Shown piece after piece: positions 1 to 7,829 of a DNA stretch of 64,000 bases (position 1 is its first letter; each line of letters begins with the position of its first letter). The position numbers and the translations under genes are program-made. Source of the DNA: an uncultured Gammaproteobacteria bacterium (lineage in GTDB: Bacteria; Patescibacteriota; Microgenomatia; PFEM01; DATLAM01); contig CAZMIZ010000003.1 of NCBI GenBank assembly GCA_964566925.1, positions 30,792 to 94,791 of the forward strand. The letters are read 5' to 3'. A model generated the notes under the pieces. The model saw only the letters and a program-made list of their open reading frames with translations. It was not told the origin of the DNA and did not search any database.

Positions 1-2
1 GA

Positions 3-875
3 AATAAAATCGATCAATTATTGGGTCGTTGGGAAGATGGAAAACCAGTCGATGAGGAGGTTGCTTCTGGTGATGGAAGTGTCCTTGAAGAAAGTGCAAA
101 ATTAGATGGAGCTAATATTTGGGCGCTTAGCGGGTTTAACCATGGCGATCTGATAAAAACCGTCGTCGGCCAAAAAAGAATTCTCGAAATTTTAGGCATC
201 AATAATACAGAAATAACCGAACAGCCAAGCTTTTCTTTTGAACCCGCCCTGGTTCTTACTCTGGCTTCTCCGGCAACTTTGAGGGTAACTGACCCTTTAG
301 GTCGACAGGCTGGTGCCCAAATCTATCTCAGTGAAATTCCTGACGCTATATTCTCAACTCAAGAGAAGACAATCATTATTCCTAAAGCCAGAGATGGAAA
401 ATATAAAATTGAAGTTCTCGGAGAAAATGATGGCGGCTCCTATCAGCTTTTAATTGGACAGTTAACTTACGATCAGGATCTTTGGATTTCATATAAAGGT
501 AAAATTAAATCAGGTGATTCGAATGATTATGCTTTCATTTACGATGCCACTCTCCAAACAACAAGCTTCCATCTTAGCAAACTTGTCAATTTAAAAATTA
601 ATTCTCTCCTTCATCAAATCCGGAAACAAAAGATTAGATCCTACATTAAAGCAAGACTAACTGGTAAAGTTGTCAGAATTATTGGTAAAACATGGCCTTT
701 GCCCATGCTTTTGAATTTTGGAATGAATAAGCGAGCAGCTAAGTTTACCGAAAAAGCAATAATAAAAACTTCGGAAGCAATTAGGTATGCGGAGAGGTCT
801 AATCCTGATTCTCTTCCTAATCTCCGGGAAATAACGGATCTTCTGGCCCAGCTCCACCAGCTTTTGGGAGGTTAA
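3..875 (+). CDS. C-terminal part of an alpha/beta hydrolase (LCAT/PGAP1-like lipase) with accessory C-terminal domains; 5'-truncated by the window
   Basis: Frame open from the left edge; GDGSV and downstream HGDL resemble the catalytic Asp and His motifs of LCAT-like hydrolases. Confidence 0.6.
   Translation, partial: NKIDQLLGRWEDGKPVDEEVASGDGSVLEESAKLDGANIWALSGFNHGDLIKTVVGQKRILEILGINNTEITEQPSFSFEPALVLTLASPATLRVTDPLGRQAGAQIYLSEIPDAIFSTQEKTIIIPKARDGKYKIEVLGENDGGSYQLLIGQLTYDQDLWISYKGKIKSGDSNDYAFIYDATLQTTSFHLSKLVNLKINSLLHQIRKQKIRSYIKARLTGKVVRIIGKTWPLPMLLNFGMNKRAAKFTEKAIIKTSEAIRYAERSNPDSLPNLREITDLLAQLHQLLGG
846..868 (+). repeat. 23-bp direct repeat, copy 1 (GCCCAGCTCCACCAGCTTTTGGG)
   Basis: Identical copy at 1242..1264. 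Confidence 0.9.
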
Positions 876-978
876 AACTAAAAGGGCGACTTAAATTCCT
901 TGTAAATATTTGGTAAAATAACGTTATCTGATAAACTTAGAAGCCAGAGGAAGAGCCACCTGCCTTGGCTGCCGACAC

Positions 979-1209
979 ATGAGATATGCTCCAGTCGGGT
1001 CCCTTATGGACTGGGCTCGCTCACACCACGATAAATTAGACCATCCTCCTTATAAACCTTCTACAGAGCCGGACCAACACAGATCGTTCACTCTTGATCT
1101 GCCTCAACAGACCCTAGAGATGTCTGCTTCAGCAATGTTTGTAAGAATTGCGAACGAGAGAGAACTGCTACATGTGGAAAAATATTCTCCTTCTGGCGCC
1201 AAAGAATGA
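979..1209 (+). CDS. hypothetical protein (76 aa)
   Basis: ATG-initiated ORF; TGGTAAAAT extended -10-like motif upstream near 911-919; no recognisable motif. Confidence 0.4.
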   Translation: MRYAPVGSLMDWARSHHDKLDHPPYKPSTEPDQHRSFTLDLPQQTLEMSASAMFVRIANERELLHVEKYSPSGAKE

Positions 1210-1241
1210 AGATAACTACCAGCGAAGTCTTGAACCTCTTT

Positions 1242-1264
1242 GCCCAGCTCCACCAGCTTTTGGG
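1242..1264 (+). repeat. 23-bp direct repeat, copy 2
   Basis: Identical to 846..868. Confidence 0.9.
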
Positions 1265-1270
1265 GAATGA

Positions 1271-1891
1271 TTATCTATGAAGGGCCTGTGTCCAACCATC
1301 AAGGGTTATCAATTCTTTCTCATGAGCCTTACGTAAAGAGGAAAGGTTAATCGGCACCCTTAACTCTCTGGCTGCAACTGCGATATCCACAACTGATATT
1401 TTCTGACCAGAAAAAGGAACTAGTGCCCTATTAACTAATGGGTGACGGTCTGGATACCGGTCATCTTTAACACCAGGATATTCTTGAATTGTAGAACCAA
1501 GGATCCCAAAAATGTTCTCGTTCGTTTTATCCTGAGTCAGATAATAGGCCGCCAGAGCTTCTTCACTGGTAGCCACAAAGCCTGGTTTACTCTGAATTCC
1601 TACCTCTAAAACCTTACTCGCAATAACCAAGCCTGGAAGATCAAGGGAGTCATAAAAACCGAAAGCCTCAACGCATACCTTTCCTGCTTCATCCTGAATT
1701 CCCAAACCGCTTAAGATTCTCTCTTTTGTTCCAATAGTCATCCTTCTGGCTCCAATTACCACTCTCCCATCAATAACTCTTTCTTTTCCCCCCTCATCAA
1801 TCCGAATTTCTTGAGTTTCAGAAGCTGCCAGAACAATTGGCGGAGAAAAATATACTTCCTCTGTAGATCCTGCTGCTTCTCTTCGAACCAT
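1271..1891 (-). CDS. hypothetical protein (206 aa)
   Basis: Long ORF with GAGGGG SD-like sequence and upstream promoter. Confidence 0.7.
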   Translation of the reverse strand: MVRREAAGSTEEVYFSPPIVLAASETQEIRIDEGGKERVIDGRVVIGARRMTIGTKERILSGLGIQDEAGKVCVEAFGFYDSLDLPGLVIASKVLEVGIQSKPGFVATSEEALAAYYLTQDKTNENIFGILGSTIQEYPGVKDDRYPDRHPLVNRALVPFSGQKISVVDIAVAARELRVPINLSSLRKAHEKELITLDGWTQALHR

Positions 1892-1901
1892 AACCCCTCT
1901 T

Positions 1902-1963
1902 TAAAAAAACAGCTGCCCTTGAGGCAGCAAGGTTTTTATAACATTATCCTTTCGCTTTGTCAA
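1902..1963 (-). promoter_or_regulatory. sigma70-type promoter followed by hairpin and T-tract, copy 1
   Basis: TTGACA-17nt-TATAAA, then GCTGCC-TCAAG-GGCAGC-TG-T7; 54/62 identical to 2548..2609. Confidence 0.75.
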
Positions 1964-2531
1964 TTTCTGCGTAATAATCCCTAATCGTCCTTCTCTCCGC
2001 TTTCGCCCAATTTTTCCCGTCTTTTCTCCATCTTCTAGTTATTCGGTCGTAAGCAGTCTTTCCCATATTGGTGGTAAAAGCGTCGATAAAAGCCGCGGCG
2101 ATAATCACAAAACCTCTCCTACTGTCCCTAAGGCTTCTGTATCTCCTTGCTACCCAGCACGACAAAGGAAAACGTTCTTCAAAAGTCATTCCCTGAATCC
2201 TATCTTCTGTTGCCCATTCGATTCTCTTCTGAACTTCTTCCCCGCTCGGCTCCCAAACCAGAGTGTAACTTTGCCCTGTTTCAGGGTGAGAGACTTCCAC
2301 TTGACCGCGCTCGCTAACATAGATAGGAAGCCTTGGAGGCGTTAATGGCTCTTCAAAAGTCACCTCACCCTCTATTGTTTCTTGGCTTTTTACTATTACC
2401 CCAGAGGTAGGCAATTCTAAATAGCCACTTTTTGCATCCTCGCCTACATTGACAATCACTTGAGGTTCTTCGATTAAAACAGAACGGCCTAAGGGAAGTT
2501 CTCTCTCTCCTTTTATACTGATCGGTGGCAT
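1944..2531 (-). CDS. hypothetical protein (195 aa)
   Basis: Long ORF with upstream promoter cassette. Confidence 0.7.
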   Translation of the reverse strand: MPPISIKGERELPLGRSVLIEEPQVIVNVGEDAKSGYLELPTSGVIVKSQETIEGEVTFEEPLTPPRLPIYVSERGQVEVSHPETGQSYTLVWEPSGEEVQKRIEWATEDRIQGMTFEERFPLSCWVARRYRSLRDSRRGFVIIAAAFIDAFTTNMGKTAYDRITRRWRKDGKNWAKAERRTIRDYYAEIDKAKG

Positions 2532-2547
2532 TTATTTTTCCTTTCTC

Positions 2548-2609
2548 TAAAAAAATGGCTGCCCTTGAGGCAGCAAGCTTTTTATAACACTATCCCTTCT
2601 ACTTGTCAA
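2548..2609 (-). promoter_or_regulatory. sigma70-type promoter followed by hairpin and T-tract, copy 2
   Basis: Near-identical to 1902..1963. Confidence 0.75.
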
Positions 2610-2681
2610 GAAAGTTATCAAAAAATAAAAACCTTTACCCCTTGACCTTATAGTAAAAAACTATTAATATCTTCCCAAACC

Positions 2682-3368
2682 ATGAGAGAACCAGATCGGG
2701 GAGAAAAAGGGCTACCAGTATTGTCTCCTCTTGAAGCAGGAACAGTCTTAGCTATTCGTGTAGAAGGAAGGCTGTTTCCATCTCCTGATAGAGAAAGTGA
2801 TCTTTTTAGGGTAGTCCCTCTGGAACTTACCAAAGGAACCTTTTCACTTTGCCAAAGAGCCCTTTATAGAAATGCCAAAGACACTCTTGGCCGATATCCC
2901 AGCTTGATGGAAAATCCCTTGTTAGTTGACATTTCTCAAGCTGGATGGGATAGATTCGCAGACAGTCAACTTAGGGCGTCGATTTGGTGGAATAACCAGG
3001 CTCGAGAGGTTCTTTTTGGAAAACCAGTCTCAACTCCAGCTGATTGGCTAGAATTCGACAAAGAAAAAACAAATCTGGAAATTCCTATCAGGGGCGCTAA
3101 AGCCCTGGCCTTGGGGATCTATACTTCCATTTGTGAATTAGACGCTGTGGCTCCACAATCTAGTTCAAAGGATGAAGCTGAATCAAGAAGGGTGATAAAA
3201 ATCTTTTTGGGAGGTTTAGTGGATGTTTTGAATATCCTCGATGAACATAAAGTTTCTATTGATTCAGAGAAAATTGAAGTTTTGCAAGAAGTCCAGAGAG
3301 AAGTTCAAATTCATCCCTACGCCGCTTTCCCTCTTCAACCTAGGCTTCAGGCTCGTTTGGAGGAATAG
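2682..3368 (+). CDS. hypothetical protein (228 aa)
   Basis: Long ORF, no recognisable motif. Confidence 0.7.
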   Translation: MREPDRGEKGLPVLSPLEAGTVLAIRVEGRLFPSPDRESDLFRVVPLELTKGTFSLCQRALYRNAKDTLGRYPSLMENPLLVDISQAGWDRFADSQLRASIWWNNQAREVLFGKPVSTPADWLEFDKEKTNLEIPIRGAKALALGIYTSICELDAVAPQSSSKDEAESRRVIKIFLGGLVDVLNILDEHKVSIDSEKIEVLQEVQREVQIHPYAAFPLQPRLQARLEE

Positions 3369-3940
3369 AAGTCCCGTCCGGTGGATTTCCTGGCTATTAA
3401 GTACCAATTAAGACCCAGTCGTCGAGACTCCATTTCTTCAAAGCCAATCTTTTCGCATCGCCTAAGAGCACCCTTGATCGCTGGACCAGAAATTTCAGAG
3501 ACGATTAGCCTCCCTCCTGGTTTCAAAAGAGGCAAGCTCTGATTAAGAACCTCTGGGCCGCCGCCATAGCTTTGGACAAAAACCAAATCAAAGGTTTCTG
3601 CTTGAAATGGAGGCTTATTCCCATCAGCCACAAAAAACCATTCCCTAGTTTCTCTCCTTAAAAACAGGTCAATCATCCGGCAAATTCTTCTTGAAGCTTT
3701 CTGAATGAAGGGATCAATATCAAGCGATATAAAAAGACCTTGCTCGCCGGTCTTTCTTGAGTAAAAGCGCCAGAGTGGATAGCCAGCCCCCATCTCTAAA
3801 ACTTTTTCTCCTTCCTGGATAGCAGCCACTTGGCCGATAGCTCGATGATAAAGCGGCCTGGCTTCAAATAAGCCAACCATCGGTAAGATAAACCGCCAAC
3901 CATAGAGGTCAATTTTAGCGTCTACCTCTTTACTCATCAA
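3347..3940 (-). CDS. class I SAM-dependent methyltransferase
   Basis: VLEMGAG motif I, SLDID, PPFQAETFDLVF, LKPGGRLIV. Confidence 0.85.
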   Translation of the reverse strand: MMSKEVDAKIDLYGWRFILPMVGLFEARPLYHRAIGQVAAIQEGEKVLEMGAGYPLWRFYSRKTGEQGLFISLDIDPFIQKASRRICRMIDLFLRRETREWFFVADGNKPPFQAETFDLVFVQSYGGGPEVLNQSLPLLKPGGRLIVSEISGPAIKGALRRCEKIGFEEMESRRLGLNWYLIARKSTGRDFYSSKRA

Positions 3941-3946
3941 TCCCTC

Positions 3947-4504
3947 CTATTTTGTGTCTGTCATCCCGGTAACAGTTAGATAAGCACACCGCTTCATTCC
4001 CAACAAGAACCTATCTCCTCTTTTGCTCGCTACAGTTGCTTCGGCTAACAAGGTCTCTGGATCCTTGTCTAGGTCAGAAGGAATTATGGGGTAGCACGAC
4101 CAGCCAAATTCTGTTTCACTATCTTCAACTATTAAACGAAAAACTTCTTCGCCGTATCGAGTGTTTAACTCTTGAATCATTCTTCGGGTAGCTTTCTCAG
4201 CCTTCCCGCCTCCTCCGGGCATCAGAGGAATGGCTACGGCCTGAATCTTTCCCCAAATCTCAGAACTAAGCTCTCCATTAACCACCCAGCCTTGAGGCGC
4301 CCCTACTGATTCTAGGGGCCAGGCTCTTTGCCCATGGTATACCTGCGCAAAAGTTTGAGGATCAAGATATTCCTCTTCCGCTCTTTCGGGAGTAACGTCT
4401 TCCGGTTCTGACCATAAAAACCCCACTATTCTGGGCCCTTTATCTTGACCGCCAAGAGAATATACCGGAATACCCCGATTATCATTTTCTAAAGAACCAC
4501 TCAT
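3947..4504 (-). CDS. hypothetical protein (likely start ATG 4504)
   Basis: Long ORF; AAGGA SD-like sequence precedes MSGSLE. Confidence 0.65.
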   Translation of the reverse strand: MSGSLENDNRGIPVYSLGGQDKGPRIVGFLWSEPEDVTPERAEEEYLDPQTFAQVYHGQRAWPLESVGAPQGWVVNGELSSEIWGKIQAVAIPLMPGGGGKAEKATRRMIQELNTRYGEEVFRLIVEDSETEFGWSCYPIIPSDLDKDPETLLAEATVASKRGDRFLLGMKRCAYLTVTGMTDTK

Positions 4505-4569
4505 TTTATCCTTCTTAAAAATTAAATTGGCAGGACGGGCTTTGGCGAGGCAGATCATTGACCTTTTTG

Positions 4570-4643
4570 TGGACGATGCAGGACTTGAACCTGCGACCCC
4601 TGCAATGTGAATGCAGTGCTCTGGCCAACTGAGCTAATCGTCC
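4570..4643 (-). tRNA. tRNA-Val(CAC), CCA not encoded
   Basis: Acceptor GGACGAT/ATCGTCC, D-arm AGCTCAGTTGGCCAGAGC, anticodon arm CTGCA-TTCACAT-TGCAG, T-loop GTTCAAGTCC. Confidence 0.95.
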
Positions 4644-4669
4644 ATAAAGTAATTTTACCAAATTCCCCC

Positions 4670-4699
4670 TTGCCAAGCAATTATTCTAGGGCATATAAT
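4670..4699 (+). promoter_or_regulatory. lepB promoter, probably giving a leaderless mRNA
   Basis: TTGCCA-18nt-TATAAT ending 7 nt before the ATG. Confidence 0.65.
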
Positions 4700-4706
4700 T
4701 AAAACA

Positions 4707-5258
4707 ATGAAAAGAGTAATCAAGCAAATCGGCGCCTTTTTTTTGGACATCATTGAAACCGTTGTCCTGGCCTTAGCTATCTTTGTTTTAGTCTATCTTT
4801 TTTTGGTCCAACCCCATCAGGTGCGCGGCAATTCGATGTACCCCACTTTCCATGATGGCGAATATCTCTTAACCGATAAGCTTTCCTATCGCCTGGGCGA
4901 GCCGGGAAGGGGTGATGTTATTGTTTTCCAAGCCCCCCAAAACCAAGAATATGACTATATTAAAAGGATTGTCGGCCTCCCCGGAGACCGAGTGAAAATC
5001 AAAAATAGCCAAGTCTACATCAACGGTGAGCCGCTTGATGAGTCTTACCTTCCTGGAGATTTTACTACTTCAGGAGGTAGTTTTTTAGGCGAAGATAAGG
5101 AAATTGTCATTCCCGAAGGTGAATATTTAGTTCTAGGTGACAATCGCAGTCACAGCTCTGATTCTAGAGAATGGGGTGACGTGCCGGTCGAAAACATTAT
5201 CGGCAAAGCCTTATTCCGATATTGGCCCCTAAATAAACTCGGGTTAGTTGGAAATTAA
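4707..5258 (+). CDS. lepB: signal peptidase I
   Basis: N-terminal TM, GNSMYPT (Ser), YIKRIVGLPGD (Lys), GDNRSHSSDSR. Confidence 0.97.
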   Translation: MKRVIKQIGAFFLDIIETVVLALAIFVLVYLFLVQPHQVRGNSMYPTFHDGEYLLTDKLSYRLGEPGRGDVIVFQAPQNQEYDYIKRIVGLPGDRVKIKNSQVYINGEPLDESYLPGDFTTSGGSFLGEDKEIVIPEGEYLVLGDNRSHSSDSREWGDVPVENIIGKALFRYWPLNKLGLVGN

Positions 5259-6100
5259 GAAGACTTCCTGCCGCAAATTCCTTTGTAGATTTTCTGAAGA
5301 GGCTTCTCAGTTGCTTCAAGATCTCCCTTAAGAACAATCATCAAGCGGGTTTCGGCTCGAGAACGAGTTAATTTGACTCTTGCCTTTTTATCAATTCCTA
5401 AAGCTTGATGAATATCATCTCTAATCTTATCGATCTCAGCACTGATGATATGGGGCTGTTTACCTCTTTTACCTGCAGGCGGCTGACCGGCTGCTTTCCG
5501 CATTCTTCTGGCCAATTCTTCCGCTCGCCTAACGGAGCCTGACTCGCGTAAAACAATTTTATAGGCTTCAACCATTAAGCGGGTATCGCCAATCGCCGCT
5601 AAGGCCCGAGCGTGCCCTTCGGTAATTAAACTGGAAAGGAGCCCGTCTTTGAGGGCATCAGGCAAGGTTAGGAGCCGCAGAGAATTAGAAATAAAAGCGG
5701 GGCTTTTGCTTATTCTCTTGGCAATCTCTCGATTGGTCAGGCCAAACTCCTCCATCAGTCGGGTAAATGCTTGAGCCCGTTCAAGTGGATTAAGATCTTC
5801 TCTTTGGACATTCTCGACTAAAGCCATTTCCAACATTCCCTGAGGACTGGTTTCCTTGACTATGGCCGGGACGTCAGTCAAACCGGCAATCTTAGAAGCC
5901 CTCCAGCGGCGCTCGCCAGCAATTATTTGGTAACCCGCTGGCGTTTTGGCAATTACTAATGGCTCCAAAACTCCATGCTCTTTAATGGAATCAACTAAAT
6001 CAGCTAGTGATTCCGGGGTAATTAATCCCCGCGGCTGCAAAGGGTTTGGCTGAAGAGCATTAATCTCAATTTGAACCACTTGTTGAGCTTTTTTAGCCAT
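5255..6100 (-). CDS. parB: ParB/Spo0J chromosome partitioning protein
   Basis: PNPLQPR, IIAGERRWRA, ENVQREDL, HTH. Confidence 0.95.
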   Translation of the reverse strand: MAKKAQQVVQIEINALQPNPLQPRGLITPESLADLVDSIKEHGVLEPLVIAKTPAGYQIIAGERRWRASKIAGLTDVPAIVKETSPQGMLEMALVENVQREDLNPLERAQAFTRLMEEFGLTNREIAKRISKSPAFISNSLRLLTLPDALKDGLLSSLITEGHARALAAIGDTRLMVEAYKIVLRESGSVRRAEELARRMRKAAGQPPAGKRGKQPHIISAEIDKIRDDIHQALGIDKKARVKLTRSRAETRLMIVLKGDLEATEKPLQKIYKGICGRKSS

Positions 6101-6129
6101 CCTTCAATTCCTTTCAGGATAAATTTTAA

Positions 6130-6375
6130 TTAAGCTACACAAACAACTTTTGTTCCCTGACGCTTTTTGAAAAGGACCTTACCGTCTCTTAAGGCAAAAA
6201 GGGTATGATCGCGACCGATGCCCACTCCCTCGCCAGGATGAAAGCGGGTCCCTCGTTGACGGAGGATGATAGCGCCGGTTTTAATTTCCTGTCCGCCAAA
6301 AACCTTAACCCCCAAACGTTTGCCTGGTCGAGTCGTTTGCTGACTGGTTTTTCCTCCGGTTTTTTTATGAGCCAT
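6130..6375 (-). CDS. rpmA: 50S ribosomal protein L27
   Basis: [25 protein letters not shown]. Confidence 0.97.
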   Translation of the reverse strand: MAHKKTGGKTSQQTTRPGKRLGVKVFGGQEIKTGAIILRQRGTRFHPGEGVGIGRDHTLFALRDGKVLFKKRQGTKVVCVA

Positions 6376-6378
6376 TTT

Positions 6379-6696
6379 CTAAGAAGAAAGTATAGACAAA
6401 ATTTTCACGCGTGTCAACTGTTGGCGATGCCCTTTGACTCGACGGTAGCGAGATTTGGCCTTGTAAGTGGCCACTCGGATCTTCTGGCCTTTAAAATGAG
6501 AAAGAACCTTGGCTTTGACCCGAGCCCCTTTTGCTTGAGGCTGTCCAATCTTAATTTTTTTATTATCAACCAGTAAAAGAACTTCGGCAAAAGTTACGAC
6601 TTTACCCTCGGGGGTGTCGATTTTTTCAATTTCAATCTCGTCTCCTTCCGAAACTCGATATTGCTTGCCGCCGGTTTTAATAATTGCGTATTTCAT
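6379..6696 (-). CDS. rplU: 50S ribosomal protein L21
   Basis: YAIIKTGGKQYRV, GHRQ. Confidence 0.97.
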   Translation of the reverse strand: MKYAIIKTGGKQYRVSEGDEIEIEKIDTPEGKVVTFAEVLLLVDNKKIKIGQPQAKGARVKAKVLSHFKGQKIRVATYKAKSRYRRVKGHRQQLTRVKILSILSS

Positions 6697-6749
6697 AGTC
6701 CCTCATTAGCCTCTAGATTATAATATAGGTAGAAAGCAAGCGCAAGGGG

Positions 6750-7829
6750 TTACCTAATCTGGATTCCTTCTTGAGGTTTAGTTTGCCTAGCAACGCTTTC
6801 CACTAGGCCAAGGCTGACCAAGGTCGCCATCAAAGAACTGCCGCCATAGGAAACTAAAGGGAGGGTTAGGCCAGTGATGGGCACCAAACCAAGATTCATC
6901 CCGATATTAATAAAAACTTGAGAAATAATCAAAGTGAAAACACCAAGACAGATTAAGTAGCCCAACTTATCAATTGATTTCTGGCCTATTTGTAAAATCC
7001 GCCACAAAAGCAAACCGTAAGCAAGAATCAGCAAGACGGCTCCCAGAAAACCCAGTTCTTCAGCTAAAGAAGCAAAAATAAAATCAGTGTGCCTCTCAGG
7101 TAAAAAGCGAAGGTGCGACTGGGTTCCCCTACCCAATCCTCTCCCCACCAATTGACCGGAACCGACGGCAATGATTGCCTGAATCATATTGTAACCGGCG
7201 CCTAGAGGATCTGAAAGGGGACGAAGAAAAGTATAAATTCTTTCTCGTTGATAATCTTTAAGCAGGCGCCAAAAAATGGGCAGCGAAATAACAAAAAAAA
7301 GTAAACCGAAGGCTAGCCATTGCCAAGCTATCCCGCTAGCAAAAATGATCGCCATCCAAACAAAAACTACCACCAAGCTACTTCCCAAATCTGGCTGACG
7401 GAAAATCAAAAAAGCCGGGAGAAAAAACAAAAAAAGGTTTAAAAGTAAAGATTTAAAATCAAAATCCTTCTGAAAAGAAACAAAGGAAGCAAAAACTAAA
7501 ATTAGAAGCGGTTTAACCAATTCAGAAGGCTGAAAAGTAAAACCACCTATTTGGACCCAGCGAATTGAGCCTCTGGTTAAATGGCCAAAGAGAAAAGTAG
7601 AGAAGAGACCTAAAAGAGTAAAAGAAAAAAGGGGCCAAGTTAGCCGTTCAAAAATCCGATAATCAATCCGAGAGACAAGAAAGAAAAGAAAAAAACCTAA
7701 TAAGGCATAGACAAGCTGCTGAGGAAAAAGGGCCGTTGCCACGCTGCCAACGATGGCCAGGCCCATGAAGATCAAAACGATCATGGCTCCCACCATGAGC
7801 CAATCAAAGTTTTTAGAAAGACTCTTCAT
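6750..7829 (-). CDS. rodA: SEDS family rod-shape protein RodA
   Basis: FQPSELVK, QPDLGS, DPLGAGYN, FLPERHTDFIF, SYGGSS. Confidence 0.92.
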   Translation of the reverse strand: MKSLSKNFDWLMVGAMIVLIFMGLAIVGSVATALFPQQLVYALLGFFLFFLVSRIDYRIFERLTWPLFSFTLLGLFSTFLFGHLTRGSIRWVQIGGFTFQPSELVKPLLILVFASFVSFQKDFDFKSLLLNLFLFFLPAFLIFRQPDLGSSLVVVFVWMAIIFASGIAWQWLAFGLLFFVISLPIFWRLLKDYQRERIYTFLRPLSDPLGAGYNMIQAIIAVGSGQLVGRGLGRGTQSHLRFLPERHTDFIFASLAEELGFLGAVLLILAYGLLLWRILQIGQKSIDKLGYLICLGVFTLIISQVFINIGMNLGLVPITGLTLPLVSYGGSSLMATLVSLGLVESVARQTKPQEGIQIR

